From: a virus
Lineage: Duplodnaviria; Caudoviricetes
Length of the DNA stretch: 43,723 bases
Virus record (IMG/VR): IMGVR_UViG_3300030376_004869
Coordinates: 1 to 43,723 of that record
Strand: one strand, 5' to 3'
Part shown: positions 7,252 through 17,501 of the stretch, in pieces
How the letters are laid out: every line of letters starts with the position of its first letter
Position numbering within the stretch: position 1 is the first letter of the stretch
Translations under genes and position numbers: made by a program
Notes under the pieces: model-generated
What the model was told of the DNA's origin: nothing
The model's input: the letters and a program-made list of their open reading frames with translations, nothing else
The model's database searches: none

Positions 7252-9446
7252 GTTGCAATCTCCAATACAAAAATACTTGATTTCTTACCGTTAACATTGA
7301 TCTGAACATAAGCTGTGCCGTTATTGTCTCTCTTACTCTTCATTTTAATGTTTACTGCACTGGTTCCGGGGGAGTCAAACTCTCTTACAAAAGTTTCAGG
7401 ACCAGTCCAATAAGTTTCATAATTACCAGTAGAGTTTCTACCACGATAAACTCGTATTTCCCCTTCCTCTGTACCATCTACATCTATAAAAAGATCAAAA
7501 TCTGCATAATAACTATTATCAGACGCCATCGAATATACATTTGTAGTAGCTGTAATAATCAATTTACTGCTTGCAGAAACAGGGGTATAAGAAAACGAAC
7601 TTCCCGGGATATCTGTTTTTGCGTAAGTACTGCTTATATTTGTTGTTGTTGTATATTCATGAAAAGCATATTTTAAAACTTTTCCTCCACCAGCAGCAGC
7701 TTCCCATGTCATACCTCCAGTATTACCAGACCTAGCTGTTAGGACATAACCATTGGTAGGTGCATTACTTACTTTTAGATTTGCTTCGTCAACTATATCG
7801 TCTGCAATAACTGTGGCACCATCAGCTGTAGAAGTTACTTCTCCTGAGTGGTTAGGGTGTACGTAGGCATTAGCTGAAGCTGCAATACCATTTAATTTAG
7901 TATGGTCTGCATCAGTAAATACGTTACTGTCAGTTGCTGCTTCGACTGCTGCTCTAATTTCAGCATCTGTTTGGTCTGCTGTAGCTGATGCCTCTATACC
8001 ATTAAGTTTAGTGTGGTCTGCATCAGTAAACACGTTACTATCACTCGCTGCCTCAACAGCTGTTCTAACTTCTGCGTTAGATAATTGAGTGTTGGTATCT
8101 GTAGTCTGAGCAACCCAATCTAGATTTCCACTACCGTCAGTTTTTAAAACTTCATTTGCAGAGCCATCATCATTTGGAAGGGTTAATGTATAACTCGCAG
8201 CTGCACTATGAGGTGGTCCTTTAATAACTATACCGTGACTATTATTTTCACAATTTAGTTTAAATTGACCAGCACCTTTAGTTGCATTACCTTTAAAGAC
8301 AACCTTACCTGAACCATTAGGATCTAAGTCAATATCTCCATTAGATGTAGAGACAATATCTTGTGAGTTAACATCAAGGTTACCTCCTAGTTGTGGAGTT
8401 GTATCTCCTACAACAGCTGATAATCCACTTGATCCTCCAGCCGCATTTATTGTTACTGAATCAGCAGATGCATCAGTTGTAATCGTGACATTAGTTCCTG
8501 CTACAAGTGTTACCGTATCAGTTGTTGAGTCCGCAGCTACGGTAGTTTGACCACTAACCGCTACGTTTGAGAATGCATTTTGGTTAGCATCACCACCGCT
8601 TGCTGCAGCCCATGTAAGACCACCAGCAGCACTTGATTTAGCTGTTAATACATAATCATTAGTTGGACTATTATCAACCTTTAAATTAGCTTCATCAACG
8701 ATATTATCAGCGATAACAGTAGCTCCGTCAGCTGTAGATGTCACCTCACCGCTATGGTTAGGGTGTACATAGTTGTTAGCTGAAGCTGCTACTCCTGATA
8801 ACTTAGTTTTCTCAGCATCAGTAAATGCATTTGTATCACTATTAGCTTCGTAAGCTGTTTTAATTTCTGAGTTAGATTGATTGCCTGTAGCTGTAGCTTC
8901 TATCCCTGCAAGTTTTGTTTTCTCTGCATCAGTAAAAGCATTAGTATTAGACTCGCCTTCATAGGCTGTTTTAATCTCAGCACCTGTTTGATCTGCAGTT
9001 GCTGAAGCTTCTATTCCATCAAGTTTAGCTTTATCCGCTGCTGACATATCGCCTTGTATAGCAGATGTAGCGGTAAAAGCTGGTTGGTTTTGTTCTTCTT
9101 GTACAGCATATAAAAGTTGATCTTCGTTGTTATTTAGATCAGTAGCTCTTATAGAAGAACCTGCAGCAAACACAGCTTTAGCTGTATCTACTTCAGTATC
9201 TCTATAAACCCTTACAGTAACTCCTGTTTTAGGAGCACCGCTAGATTCTTGATATGTACTATCAACGTTTGTATTATTGAAAGTAATTTTAGTAGGCGAG
9301 GTGGATACAGTGTATTTAGTTGTTGCTTGCACTACTCCATTGAGTGCAACTTTGACATCTTCAGTTTTTAGGTATGGAAAGGAAAATGTGTACTCTAAAT
9401 TAGAGCCATTTACCGCCCCTCCATTCTCTACATAAGTTGTAGCCAT
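7248..9446 (-). CDS. Tail fibre protein (gp17-like)
   Basis: N-terminal T7 fibre attachment domain (YTFSFPYL...DVKV...VYRDT...DLNNN), internal repeats, DTTPQLGGNLD motif, variable C-terminal domain. Confidence 0.92.
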   Translation of the reverse strand: MATTYVENGGAVNGSNLEYTFSFPYLKTEDVKVALNGVVQATTKYTVSTSPTKITFNNTNVDSTYQESSGAPKTGVTVRVYRDTEVDTAKAVFAAGSSIRATDLNNNEDQLLYAVQEEQNQPAFTATSAIQGDMSAADKAKLDGIEASATADQTGAEIKTAYEGESNTNAFTDAEKTKLAGIEATATGNQSNSEIKTAYEANSDTNAFTDAEKTKLSGVAASANNYVHPNHSGEVTSTADGATVIADNIVDEANLKVDNSPTNDYVLTAKSSAAGGLTWAAASGGDANQNAFSNVAVSGQTTVAADSTTDTVTLVAGTNVTITTDASADSVTINAAGGSSGLSAVVGDTTPQLGGNLDVNSQDIVSTSNGDIDLDPNGSGKVVFKGNATKGAGQFKLNCENNSHGIVIKGPPHSAAASYTLTLPNDDGSANEVLKTDGSGNLDWVAQTTDTNTQLSNAEVRTAVEAASDSNVFTDADHTKLNGIEASATADQTDAEIRAAVEAATDSNVFTDADHTKLNGIAASANAYVHPNHSGEVTSTADGATVIADDIVDEANLKVSNAPTNGYVLTARSGNTGGMTWEAAAGGGKVLKYAFHEYTTTTNISSTYAKTDIPGSSFSYTPVSASSKLIITATTNVYSMASDNSYYADFDLFIDVDGTEEGEIRVYRGRNSTGNYETYWTGPETFVREFDSPGTSAVNIKMKSKRDNNGTAYVQINVNGKKSSIFVLEIAT
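7684..9038 (-). repeat. Duplicated fibre module (~7684-8085 and ~8592-9038) containing 37-aa (111-bp) tandem units
   Basis: KL.GIEA.AT..Q...EI..A.E.....N.FTDA..T units; YVHPNHSGEVTSTADGATVIAD.IVDEANLKV occurs twice. Confidence 0.85.
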
Positions 9447-9455
9447 TCTGTATCA

Positions 9456-12400
9456 TTAATTATTTTTTGGTTGTTGAAGCCTTATTATTTCTTCTACATT
9501 TAAAACGCGTTTATTTTTATCGATCCTTTGCTTTGTATTTATTCGACTTCTCATTTCTTGATATAAAGGACTTGATCTTTCAGCAAATTTCTGTGCCTTA
9601 CGTAATGCCATATTTAATTTTTTATGTACATTTTTAACTTCTGAGGGATCAACATAAACACCTTTTAACCTAGCCTCTTTAATCTCTTTCACAAAATTTT
9701 TTCCATATTTTGAGTTCATTACTTGTTGTATTGCTTTTTTGTAATGACCCTGTTCACCCATAATTCGAGTGACTTCACTTCGTTCATCTGGAGTATATTC
9801 AACACCAGCTGTTCCCTTTATTAAAGAAGGTCTACCATCAAATTCAATATCAATTAAAAATTGTTTTTCAGGGGATATTTTCCCAGAAACTCGTCCTGTT
9901 GGAGAGTAAGTATTCCAAAGACGTGTAAATAAATTATCAGGTTCTTTTATTTTGCCACCATCAATATAGTCATGCATATCAGGTAACTGGTCTTTTAAAA
10001 TAGGGTTTCTATTAGCCCATAACTGACCTAATTCCATTTCAACTTCTTTAAGTTGTGGTGTTATTAAACGACCTAACTCATTACGTTGTCCACTTAAAGG
10101 AAATAGTGAATTACCAAAACTAGCAGTCCAACGATTTATTGCACCGGGATTACCAGATAACACATCGAATAATGGCTCTAAGCCAGCAGTAAATGATTTA
10201 TTAGTTAAGTTTGCACCTAGTAAAAATCCTACTTTTCTTAAATTATTTTCTAATGTTGGTTCATCCATCATGTCATAGTTATCCATGATGTCTGCTGTTA
10301 CAAATAACCAATCAGCAACTGGACCTAAAAATTCAACACTATACCAATTACCATCTAAACCTTTTATCTTACGAGGTTCCCAACCTACTTCACGTCTCGT
10401 TCTTTGTTTAGTTTTATCATAAAGTCCATTCCCATGTAGTCGGTCTTGAGTAAACAATCCAACTGCACCTAATGTTGCAATAGTACCAATAGCTTTTCTA
10501 CCTTTTAATTCAGCTCTTATAGTGTTATATGCATTTTCCATTTGGTCAGGGGGTACATGAACACCTCTTTGTGCTAATAACTCTTTCGCTTTATCAAAGG
10601 TAATTTCATGAAACTTTCCACCAAACTGATTTAATTCATCAACAAATAAACCTGCTGGGTTATGAGAACCCGTAAACTTCAGCATATTCATTGAAGTTTT
10701 GGGAAACATAAGGAAAGGTTTTAAACCGGGTGCACGTTTGATTAAATCTGATAAAGAATTGACAGCCTTATTATCTAAGTTCATAGCAATTTCTCTACTA
10801 GCGTAGTCAACTGCTTCATCTGTAATTATTCCAGTTTCGTCAAACATTTGCTTATATGTTTCATCTGCATATTTTTTAAACTCAGCCTCATCAATAATCT
10901 TGCCACCATCATTTAAGAAATCAAATGCCTTACCTCTAGCTTCAATTTGTCCAACAAATGCTTTTGTAAATCCATCAAATGCACTCATGGCATTAGCACT
11001 AAATCTTAAAGCAGGATGTTCAGATAAATTATTCATCTCTTCGATCATGTTTACCATAATTGAAGGACCAAATTCCCCATTTGATTCTTTGGCATTAGCA
11101 AATTCTCTTAATAAAATTATTTGATCTTCATTAGCTCTAGCAAAATCTTTTTTCATTATGTAGCCAACTGAACCGGGATCAGTAGAAGCACGTTTAAATA
11201 CTTGGCTCATATGTCTAAACGAATTCTGCAAAGTATCTACAAGTCCATAGTTATACATATAACTTGCCCGTCTTAAAATCTTTTGATCTCCTGAAATCAT
11301 TGCTCCCGCCCACGTTGCAAGTGGTCTTTCTATCATTAAAGATATGTTAGATAAAGCTGCTTTTGAAGGAGTACCAAATGAAGATAAAACAGAGTTATAA
11401 ATATTTGACCATACACCTGTCATAAATGCTGAAGGCAATTCTGGATTAGTATCTACAATTGCTTTCTTAAATACACCTAATGAGTTTTTAACATAGTCAT
11501 TTAAAGCTCCAACAGTTCTGACATTACCATCTGTTAATTCGTAAGCTAACATTAATGGACCAAGCATTTCTGGTTTTTCTGCTTTTAAAGCTCGAAGTGT
11601 ATCTATCGTTTCCTTTGACTCAGCAGATATTCGTTGTAGATTTTTAAGAGTAGTATTTCTCTCACCAGCTACAGCCTCACGAGCAACCTTAGCACTTACT
11701 GTTTTAGAATCTTTACCTAAACGATTCCATAGATTTAACATATTTAAAGCTCGACCTCTTGCATAAGAAGTCTGACCTTTAATCATCATTAAATATTGAA
11801 GACGATCTAATATTTGATCTTGTGCTCTTTGTACTTGTGAAGTATTTACCATTACATCTCTTGAACCTTGAGCCATATCAGAAACCTGACCAGCTAATGA
11901 TGTAGATACATACGCTTGTGCACGCGCAATATCCATATTTATAAAATCATCAGTATATTTTTTCATAGCTTCTACTACAGCTACATATCCTTTAGATGTA
12001 AGAACTCGTGCTCCAGAATCCGCATCAGTTCCAAACTGACCTAATTTCTTAAGCATGTTATCCATATCTACTACATCCATCCGATATAAATCAGCAGCAA
12101 GACTTTTCCCGGCATCAACTATGACATCATGTGATAAATACTTTTTAGCCGTTGCTTGGTAACCATATTTGGAATTAGCTAAATCATTAGCTAAAGATTT
12201 AATGAAAGTAATACCTGCCTCATTTCCTTTAGTGATTAGTTGTAAGGCTCCATCCGAAACAACACTTCCAACTCTTCCATCTATTGTATTAATGTTATTA
12301 GCTATTTTAACTACATCAACAGAAGCTCCAAAAATACCGTCTTTATCTGTAGATCTTATTCCAGATTCATACCAGTCATAAGCATCATGAACACCTAATA

Positions 12401-13415
12401 ACGGTTGATCTAAATCAACTGAGTTAGTGATATTAACAGCACCTAATTCAGTAAATTCATCGTATCTTCTTTTTCTTTGATTTAATACTGCATTCTCTAT
12501 TGGGTCTTCAGATAGAATCTCTTCTTTAGAAAATTTGTCAATAACTTGTTTAGCCTTTTCGTTTTCCGCTACCCATTTAGTAGCTTTACTTGTACCTCTT
12601 AAACCTCGAGCTAATCTAGCAAAACCTAATATTATGTCTGAAGTTATGCCTAGCATTAAACCTTCATTACGATTCTTTATTCTTTTTAAATCAGATTCGT
12701 CAGCATCTAAAGTTGCAATATCATCAGGTACCCAACCCCAAGTCTGTGGCCAACTTTTTTTAAAGAAGCCAAGCATATTGTGATCTCGTTCTTGTACTGG
12801 AGCTATTGTGTCAGCTAAGACACCACTACCTGCACCGATACCAGTTTTTGCAAACCATTTAAACGCTGCGTCATTACCTAATTTCCATTGCTTTGCTTTA
12901 TGAGCTGTTTTTCCAAGTTTTGTTAATCCTCCTTGCACAAAAAGCATAGGTAAAATAAGAGAACTTAGATCCCTTACTGTTGTTAAAGTTGTACTTGTAT
13001 ATTGAGGTACTTGTGGAATATTTACTCCCGGTAAAAGATTCAAAAGTCCAGTACCAGAATCAATTAATCCCATACCTGCAGCAGCGGGTATAGCAGTTGG
13101 ATTTTTCCAACCAATTTTTTGTTGTTTAAATTCTTGTGCAAATGCTTCCGCAAAAGTTTTATTAGTATCTTCTTGGGTTGGTTCTACAACTTCCGTAGAA
13201 GTTGAATCTTGTTGAGTTGTTGGGGTTTGTGTTACTTGTTCAGGTGAAGAAGCTTGGGGTGGTTCCATTGCTTCTTCCTCTTCTTTTTCTACTTGTTGTT
13301 GAAACGATGTCGCCTCTTTTGTACGAGTATCATTTTCAGTTATCAGGTCATCTAAAGCTTCCTTGTCAAGTATTGGCGTACCTCCCAACAATTCATCAAT
13401 TGAGGGCTGTTCCAT
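9456..13415 (-). CDS. Internal virion core/ejection protein (gp16-like)
   Basis: 1319 aa; synteny between the gp15-like gene and the tail fibre. Confidence 0.8.
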   Translation of the reverse strand: MEQPSIDELLGGTPILDKEALDDLITENDTRTKEATSFQQQVEKEEEEAMEPPQASSPEQVTQTPTTQQDSTSTEVVEPTQEDTNKTFAEAFAQEFKQQKIGWKNPTAIPAAAGMGLIDSGTGLLNLLPGVNIPQVPQYTSTTLTTVRDLSSLILPMLFVQGGLTKLGKTAHKAKQWKLGNDAAFKWFAKTGIGAGSGVLADTIAPVQERDHNMLGFFKKSWPQTWGWVPDDIATLDADESDLKRIKNRNEGLMLGITSDIILGFARLARGLRGTSKATKWVAENEKAKQVIDKFSKEEILSEDPIENAVLNQRKRRYDEFTELGAVNITNSVDLDQPLLGVHDAYDWYESGIRSTDKDGIFGASVDVVKIANNINTIDGRVGSVVSDGALQLITKGNEAGITFIKSLANDLANSKYGYQATAKKYLSHDVIVDAGKSLAADLYRMDVVDMDNMLKKLGQFGTDADSGARVLTSKGYVAVVEAMKKYTDDFINMDIARAQAYVSTSLAGQVSDMAQGSRDVMVNTSQVQRAQDQILDRLQYLMMIKGQTSYARGRALNMLNLWNRLGKDSKTVSAKVAREAVAGERNTTLKNLQRISAESKETIDTLRALKAEKPEMLGPLMLAYELTDGNVRTVGALNDYVKNSLGVFKKAIVDTNPELPSAFMTGVWSNIYNSVLSSFGTPSKAALSNISLMIERPLATWAGAMISGDQKILRRASYMYNYGLVDTLQNSFRHMSQVFKRASTDPGSVGYIMKKDFARANEDQIILLREFANAKESNGEFGPSIMVNMIEEMNNLSEHPALRFSANAMSAFDGFTKAFVGQIEARGKAFDFLNDGGKIIDEAEFKKYADETYKQMFDETGIITDEAVDYASREIAMNLDNKAVNSLSDLIKRAPGLKPFLMFPKTSMNMLKFTGSHNPAGLFVDELNQFGGKFHEITFDKAKELLAQRGVHVPPDQMENAYNTIRAELKGRKAIGTIATLGAVGLFTQDRLHGNGLYDKTKQRTRREVGWEPRKIKGLDGNWYSVEFLGPVADWLFVTADIMDNYDMMDEPTLENNLRKVGFLLGANLTNKSFTAGLEPLFDVLSGNPGAINRWTASFGNSLFPLSGQRNELGRLITPQLKEVEMELGQLWANRNPILKDQLPDMHDYIDGGKIKEPDNLFTRLWNTYSPTGRVSGKISPEKQFLIDIEFDGRPSLIKGTAGVEYTPDERSEVTRIMGEQGHYKKAIQQVMNSKYGKNFVKEIKEARLKGVYVDPSEVKNVHKKLNMALRKAQKFAERSSPLYQEMRSRINTKQRIDKNKRVLNVEEIIRLQQPKNN

Positions 13416-16252
13416 TAATTACTATCTCCATTAAATACGGGAAATGTCATGTTTTGCAATGCAGTTCTATCTCCAAAACTAAGTAGTTCTAAATTGAATT
13501 GGCGATTATCTTCTTCATCTAATTCTTCTTCACCATTATAAACTGCATCAACAAAATTTATAAGTCTATTAATTAGACCTGTGCCTTCATCTAATAATAT
13601 CTCGCCTATTTCACTTTCACCCGGGGTACCTGTAACACTTGCAGTAGCTAAACCTAAACCAGTTTTACCTATCGTTTCACCTAACGATGCTAGCTCACCA
13701 CTGTTGTAGGCATTTCTTGCAGACTCAGCAATTAATTTATTTGCATTATTTTCAGCAGCTGACTGGGAAAAATGGTTATAAATTTGAGCAATAGACTCCG
13801 GTGGGAAAGTATCTGTCATTACTTTCATTAAAGCTTCGCCGGGATCGTTATATATCCTTTGATTACCTAATTTAGTTAAAAGATCAGTTACTATATTTGT
13901 TATTTTACCTAACTCAACTTCTTGTTTATTTACTGTCTTAACAGTATTTACTGTTTCTTCAACTGGCTGTATTTGAACAGGTTCATCAAAAGACACTTCA
14001 TACTTTTGTGCAAGTAAGGGTTTATATTTTAAAAAGTTATAAGCACCAAACACAGAAGATTTAGAGATATTGGTACCTTCCTGTCTTAAATTTTCTGCAG
14101 CTTCATTTAATATATCGCCTTTATTATTTGTCACTAAACTTTGATTATTTGGATCCTTTTTAGCTGCGTTAAATAAAGTTCGAGATTTGCTGTAAGTATT
14201 CCTGAAAAGATTTTGTTGGTCTGCCTTAGTAGTGTTGTTATAAACATAGGTACTTGATGGACTTTCAGGTAGTAATGGTAAACCACGTTGACTTAACATT
14301 AAATTTTCTATCTCATGTGGTGAGTAATAACGTGATCCATCAGGTGTTTTTAATACTTTAGATGCCGCTATAGCTCCCCTTGTATACCTATGATTTGCTT
14401 GACCAAATGTACGTTGAGAAAGTTCTAATTCAGTTTTACTAGATAAAGCATTTTCACCTGTCTTACTCAAAGCGTTAACGCCAAATTTTTTAATAATATC
14501 TGAAATCTTTTTTTCATGTACAGCTTTATTCACTACAAAACTAGAAGCTTCTTTGCTCGACATTAAGTCGGGTACGTATGGATAACCTGTGTTAATGTTA
14601 ATACTGTCAGTAGGAAACTTTTGATTATATTCAGCTACTGTTTGTTGGTAAGCAGCTTCTGCCGCTTTTTGAGGATCTATACCATCTAGATTTTTTAACT
14701 TATCTAAATACGAACGTTTAAAGTAAGCTATAACAAGCCCTGTATTTGGGTGACTTGACATTTCAGGATCATATTCAACTGGTGCACCAACCAAATCCTG
14801 AATAGCTTTTAAATGCGTATCTACAATTTTATTTTTACTAAGACTATCAATATATGTGGCATCATTCATAAATTCATTCCACAGCTGTACTGGGAACTCC
14901 TCTTTTAAAACTCTAGTAGTTAACTTTTTATTATCTCTTAAAAATTCAGCATTTTCTCTAGCCTTGTCTAACTGTCTAGCTTCTAAAGTTAAATTATTTT
15001 TTATATGTTCTAATTTTGTAAATTTAACACCGGGATATGTCTCTGAAAGTATATCTATTGTTGTTTCTACATCAGTCTCATTTGGTATACCTTCACTTGT
15101 TAAAGCTACAATTGCAGATTCTTCAGCTCCTTTTACTTGTCTCTCTTTTATTTTTTCTTTTCTATCGTAATCTTCGTTACCTGCTTGTATAAATGCATCC
15201 TGTACCTCGTCAACTAACCCAGCGACCATATTATAGTTAATTCCATATTTCTTTTGATTCTCTGGATCTAGGTAAAAAGCTTGTATAGATTCTATATGTT
15301 CTGGTTCAAGTACTCTCCCTGACGCTAATCCTTTTAAATAAGTTTTTACGGCATCTTTGGCTTTAGTTCTATTTTCCCAATGTGTGTGCCCTGTGGTAAG
15401 CATTTCAAATACTTTCCTACCAACTGCTTGCTCAGAATCTTTTAGTTGCTCTGGAGTATATTTTTCAATAACTTTTCCGTCTGCACCTACTTCATTTTCT
15501 AAGGGTGAAAAAGTTCCAATAGATAAACCTACTTTATTTAACTCATCTTCTTTCATTGCTTCGTTGTATGCCTTATTTGCTCTGGCATCAAACGCCGCTT
15601 GAGATGTTTTATTCGTTTTATGAATTACATTAAAAGCATATTTATTTAAAATAGCTGGGTTTATACCATTAAAATTTTTAAAAAAATTACTTTGATAAGT
15701 TGATAGTGCTGCTGCTCTTTCAGTATTATTAGCTGCATTAACAATCTCATTAACACTGTCAGGGTTATATTTGGAGACTATATCTTGGGTATACATAATC
15801 GTATAACCCAAACGTGCAGCTGGACTTAATTTTCTATAACGTTCTTGTATATCAGCTGGCTCACCTCTTAAACGTGATTCTTTAGCAAGTTGATTAGCTG
15901 AAGCTGCTTCACTATCAGAACCAGTAAGTAATGAAGTTTCATACTCTTCATATGCTGATGCTTCATCGTCTGGAAAACCATTTTGCATATAAAACTGCAT
16001 ACCTTCAGCTAGCTGCCTTTCTTGTCTTTCTTTTGTTTTTGCAGCTAAAAATTGATTAAATTTACCTGATAACGCTTCAAGTTGTTTTAATTGTGCAGCA
16101 GAAGTGTTAATACGTGTTTGGTCATTCATCCGTTCGATGCTTTCAGCACGTTCAAAACCTCGATTTATACCTTGATATGACCCTTGTAATGCAGGAACGT
16201 AGTTAGAAAATTCACGGGGATTAAAACTACCTCCTCTAAATGATGTTGTCAT
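13415..16252 (-). CDS. Internal virion core protein (gp15-like)
   Basis: 945 aa, helical composition; synteny. Confidence 0.75.
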   Translation of the reverse strand: MTTSFRGGSFNPREFSNYVPALQGSYQGINRGFERAESIERMNDQTRINTSAAQLKQLEALSGKFNQFLAAKTKERQERQLAEGMQFYMQNGFPDDEASAYEEYETSLLTGSDSEAASANQLAKESRLRGEPADIQERYRKLSPAARLGYTIMYTQDIVSKYNPDSVNEIVNAANNTERAAALSTYQSNFFKNFNGINPAILNKYAFNVIHKTNKTSQAAFDARANKAYNEAMKEDELNKVGLSIGTFSPLENEVGADGKVIEKYTPEQLKDSEQAVGRKVFEMLTTGHTHWENRTKAKDAVKTYLKGLASGRVLEPEHIESIQAFYLDPENQKKYGINYNMVAGLVDEVQDAFIQAGNEDYDRKEKIKERQVKGAEESAIVALTSEGIPNETDVETTIDILSETYPGVKFTKLEHIKNNLTLEARQLDKARENAEFLRDNKKLTTRVLKEEFPVQLWNEFMNDATYIDSLSKNKIVDTHLKAIQDLVGAPVEYDPEMSSHPNTGLVIAYFKRSYLDKLKNLDGIDPQKAAEAAYQQTVAEYNQKFPTDSININTGYPYVPDLMSSKEASSFVVNKAVHEKKISDIIKKFGVNALSKTGENALSSKTELELSQRTFGQANHRYTRGAIAASKVLKTPDGSRYYSPHEIENLMLSQRGLPLLPESPSSTYVYNNTTKADQQNLFRNTYSKSRTLFNAAKKDPNNQSLVTNNKGDILNEAAENLRQEGTNISKSSVFGAYNFLKYKPLLAQKYEVSFDEPVQIQPVEETVNTVKTVNKQEVELGKITNIVTDLLTKLGNQRIYNDPGEALMKVMTDTFPPESIAQIYNHFSQSAAENNANKLIAESARNAYNSGELASLGETIGKTGLGLATASVTGTPGESEIGEILLDEGTGLINRLINFVDAVYNGEEELDEEDNRQFNLELLSFGDRTALQNMTFPVFNGDSN

Positions 16253-16258
16253 CTTTTA

Positions 16259-17077
16259 TTAATTCCTAATATTGAATGGTAGTGGGGTCAGTTTGTCCAT
16301 ATTTATTGATTTATACCCTGCACCAAATGGAGAAAAAGGTTCAGAAGCAGTGTCTGTTATCCAAGCAGGTTGATAGTTACTAAAACTTTTCTCATCAAAC
16401 ATGTTCAAACTGTTTTCACTTGGCAACTTATTAAGTCCTTTCACTTTTAATGAAGCACCATAGCCAGCTACAGCACCACCAATTGCTGAACTTATTAAGC
16501 CCATCATTGGTGATGTACTTTCCATTACAGGTTGTGGAGGAGCAACATCTGGTACAGGTTCAAATGCCACTTCAGAAAATAATTTGCTTCTTGCACTCTT
16601 CTGTTGTCTACTAATATCTTGTACATTTTGATTAAATGATTCAAGAGATTGAGATACAGCATAAGATTGTCTACCAGCAAACCTTTCTAATGCACCTATA
16701 TCTAATGTGTTTATTCGGTTGATTGATCTACCTGTTCTTCCAGACGCAGTTAATCTTCCATGCTTTTGCATAAATTTAATTAATGCACCTTCATTAGCTT
16801 GTATTGAAGCTGCATACTGAGCATTTAAACCTTGCTGTGCTTGGTCATAACCACGTTGCGCGGCAAGATCATTTTCATTTAAATCTTTAAAATACTTATT
16901 TCGTTTGGCTCCCCAAATGCTAAGTGATTGATACCACTCTCTCTTGCGAGATTCCATTTGAGCTTTCCATTGTCTTTGTCTAGCGGTATTACGGGCTTTA
17001 GCTGCTTTCGATGCTCCGAATGCTCCTATTGCTCCTTGAGCGAATGTCCCGACTCCGACTGCTGTTGGACTGCACAC
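16259..17077 (-). CDS. Internal virion protein (gp14-like)
   Basis: MCSPTAVG Gly/Ala-rich N-terminus and ASGRTGRS motif; synteny. Confidence 0.75.
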   Translation of the reverse strand: MCSPTAVGVGTFAQGAIGAFGASKAAKARNTARQRQWKAQMESRKREWYQSLSIWGAKRNKYFKDLNENDLAAQRGYDQAQQGLNAQYAASIQANEGALIKFMQKHGRLTASGRTGRSINRINTLDIGALERFAGRQSYAVSQSLESFNQNVQDISRQQKSARSKLFSEVAFEPVPDVAPPQPVMESTSPMMGLISSAIGGAVAGYGASLKVKGLNKLPSENSLNMFDEKSFSNYQPAWITDTASEPFSPFGAGYKSINMDKLTPLPFNIRN

Positions 17078-17501
17078 GGCAAAATTCTATAAAGGGTAAG
17101 TTGTTAGGTCCATGAGATCTTTCTCCTAGAAATTGAAAATCTAAAAACCTAAGTAGTTTTAAGTGGACTGCATTTCTTTTATCAGCTATATTCCACAATT
17201 TTTTTTCTTTACGGGTGTTTAAATACCTTTTAAGTCCTCTAGAAAAAGTTAAAGGGTATTTATAAATTACATCTGTACATAACATCCATATTTGACCTGT
17301 AGGATAAATCCCTGCTACAGCAGCAATTTCACCGTAAAGCTCTATATACTTTGACTCGATATTTGCAGAAGCTAAGGGTATAGCCACCATAGGATCATGT
17401 CCATGACCCTCTGTAACTTCTTTAAAGTCAGCAGGTAATAAATTGGAGGCGACATGAATAGCCGCCTTATAGGTCAATTTTTTTAATTTGAAATTAGACA
17501 A
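16998..17501 (-). CDS. gp13-like protein (acetyltransferase-like fold)
   Basis: IWMLCT...LWNIADKRNAVHLKLLRFLDF pattern; follows tail tube B. Confidence 0.8.
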   Translation of the reverse strand: MSNFKLKKLTYKAAIHVASNLLPADFKEVTEGHGHDPMVAIPLASANIESKYIELYGEIAAVAGIYPTGQIWMLCTDVIYKYPLTFSRGLKRYLNTRKEKKLWNIADKRNAVHLKLLRFLDFQFLGERSHGPNNLPFIEFCRVQSNSSRSRDIRSRSNRSIRSIESS

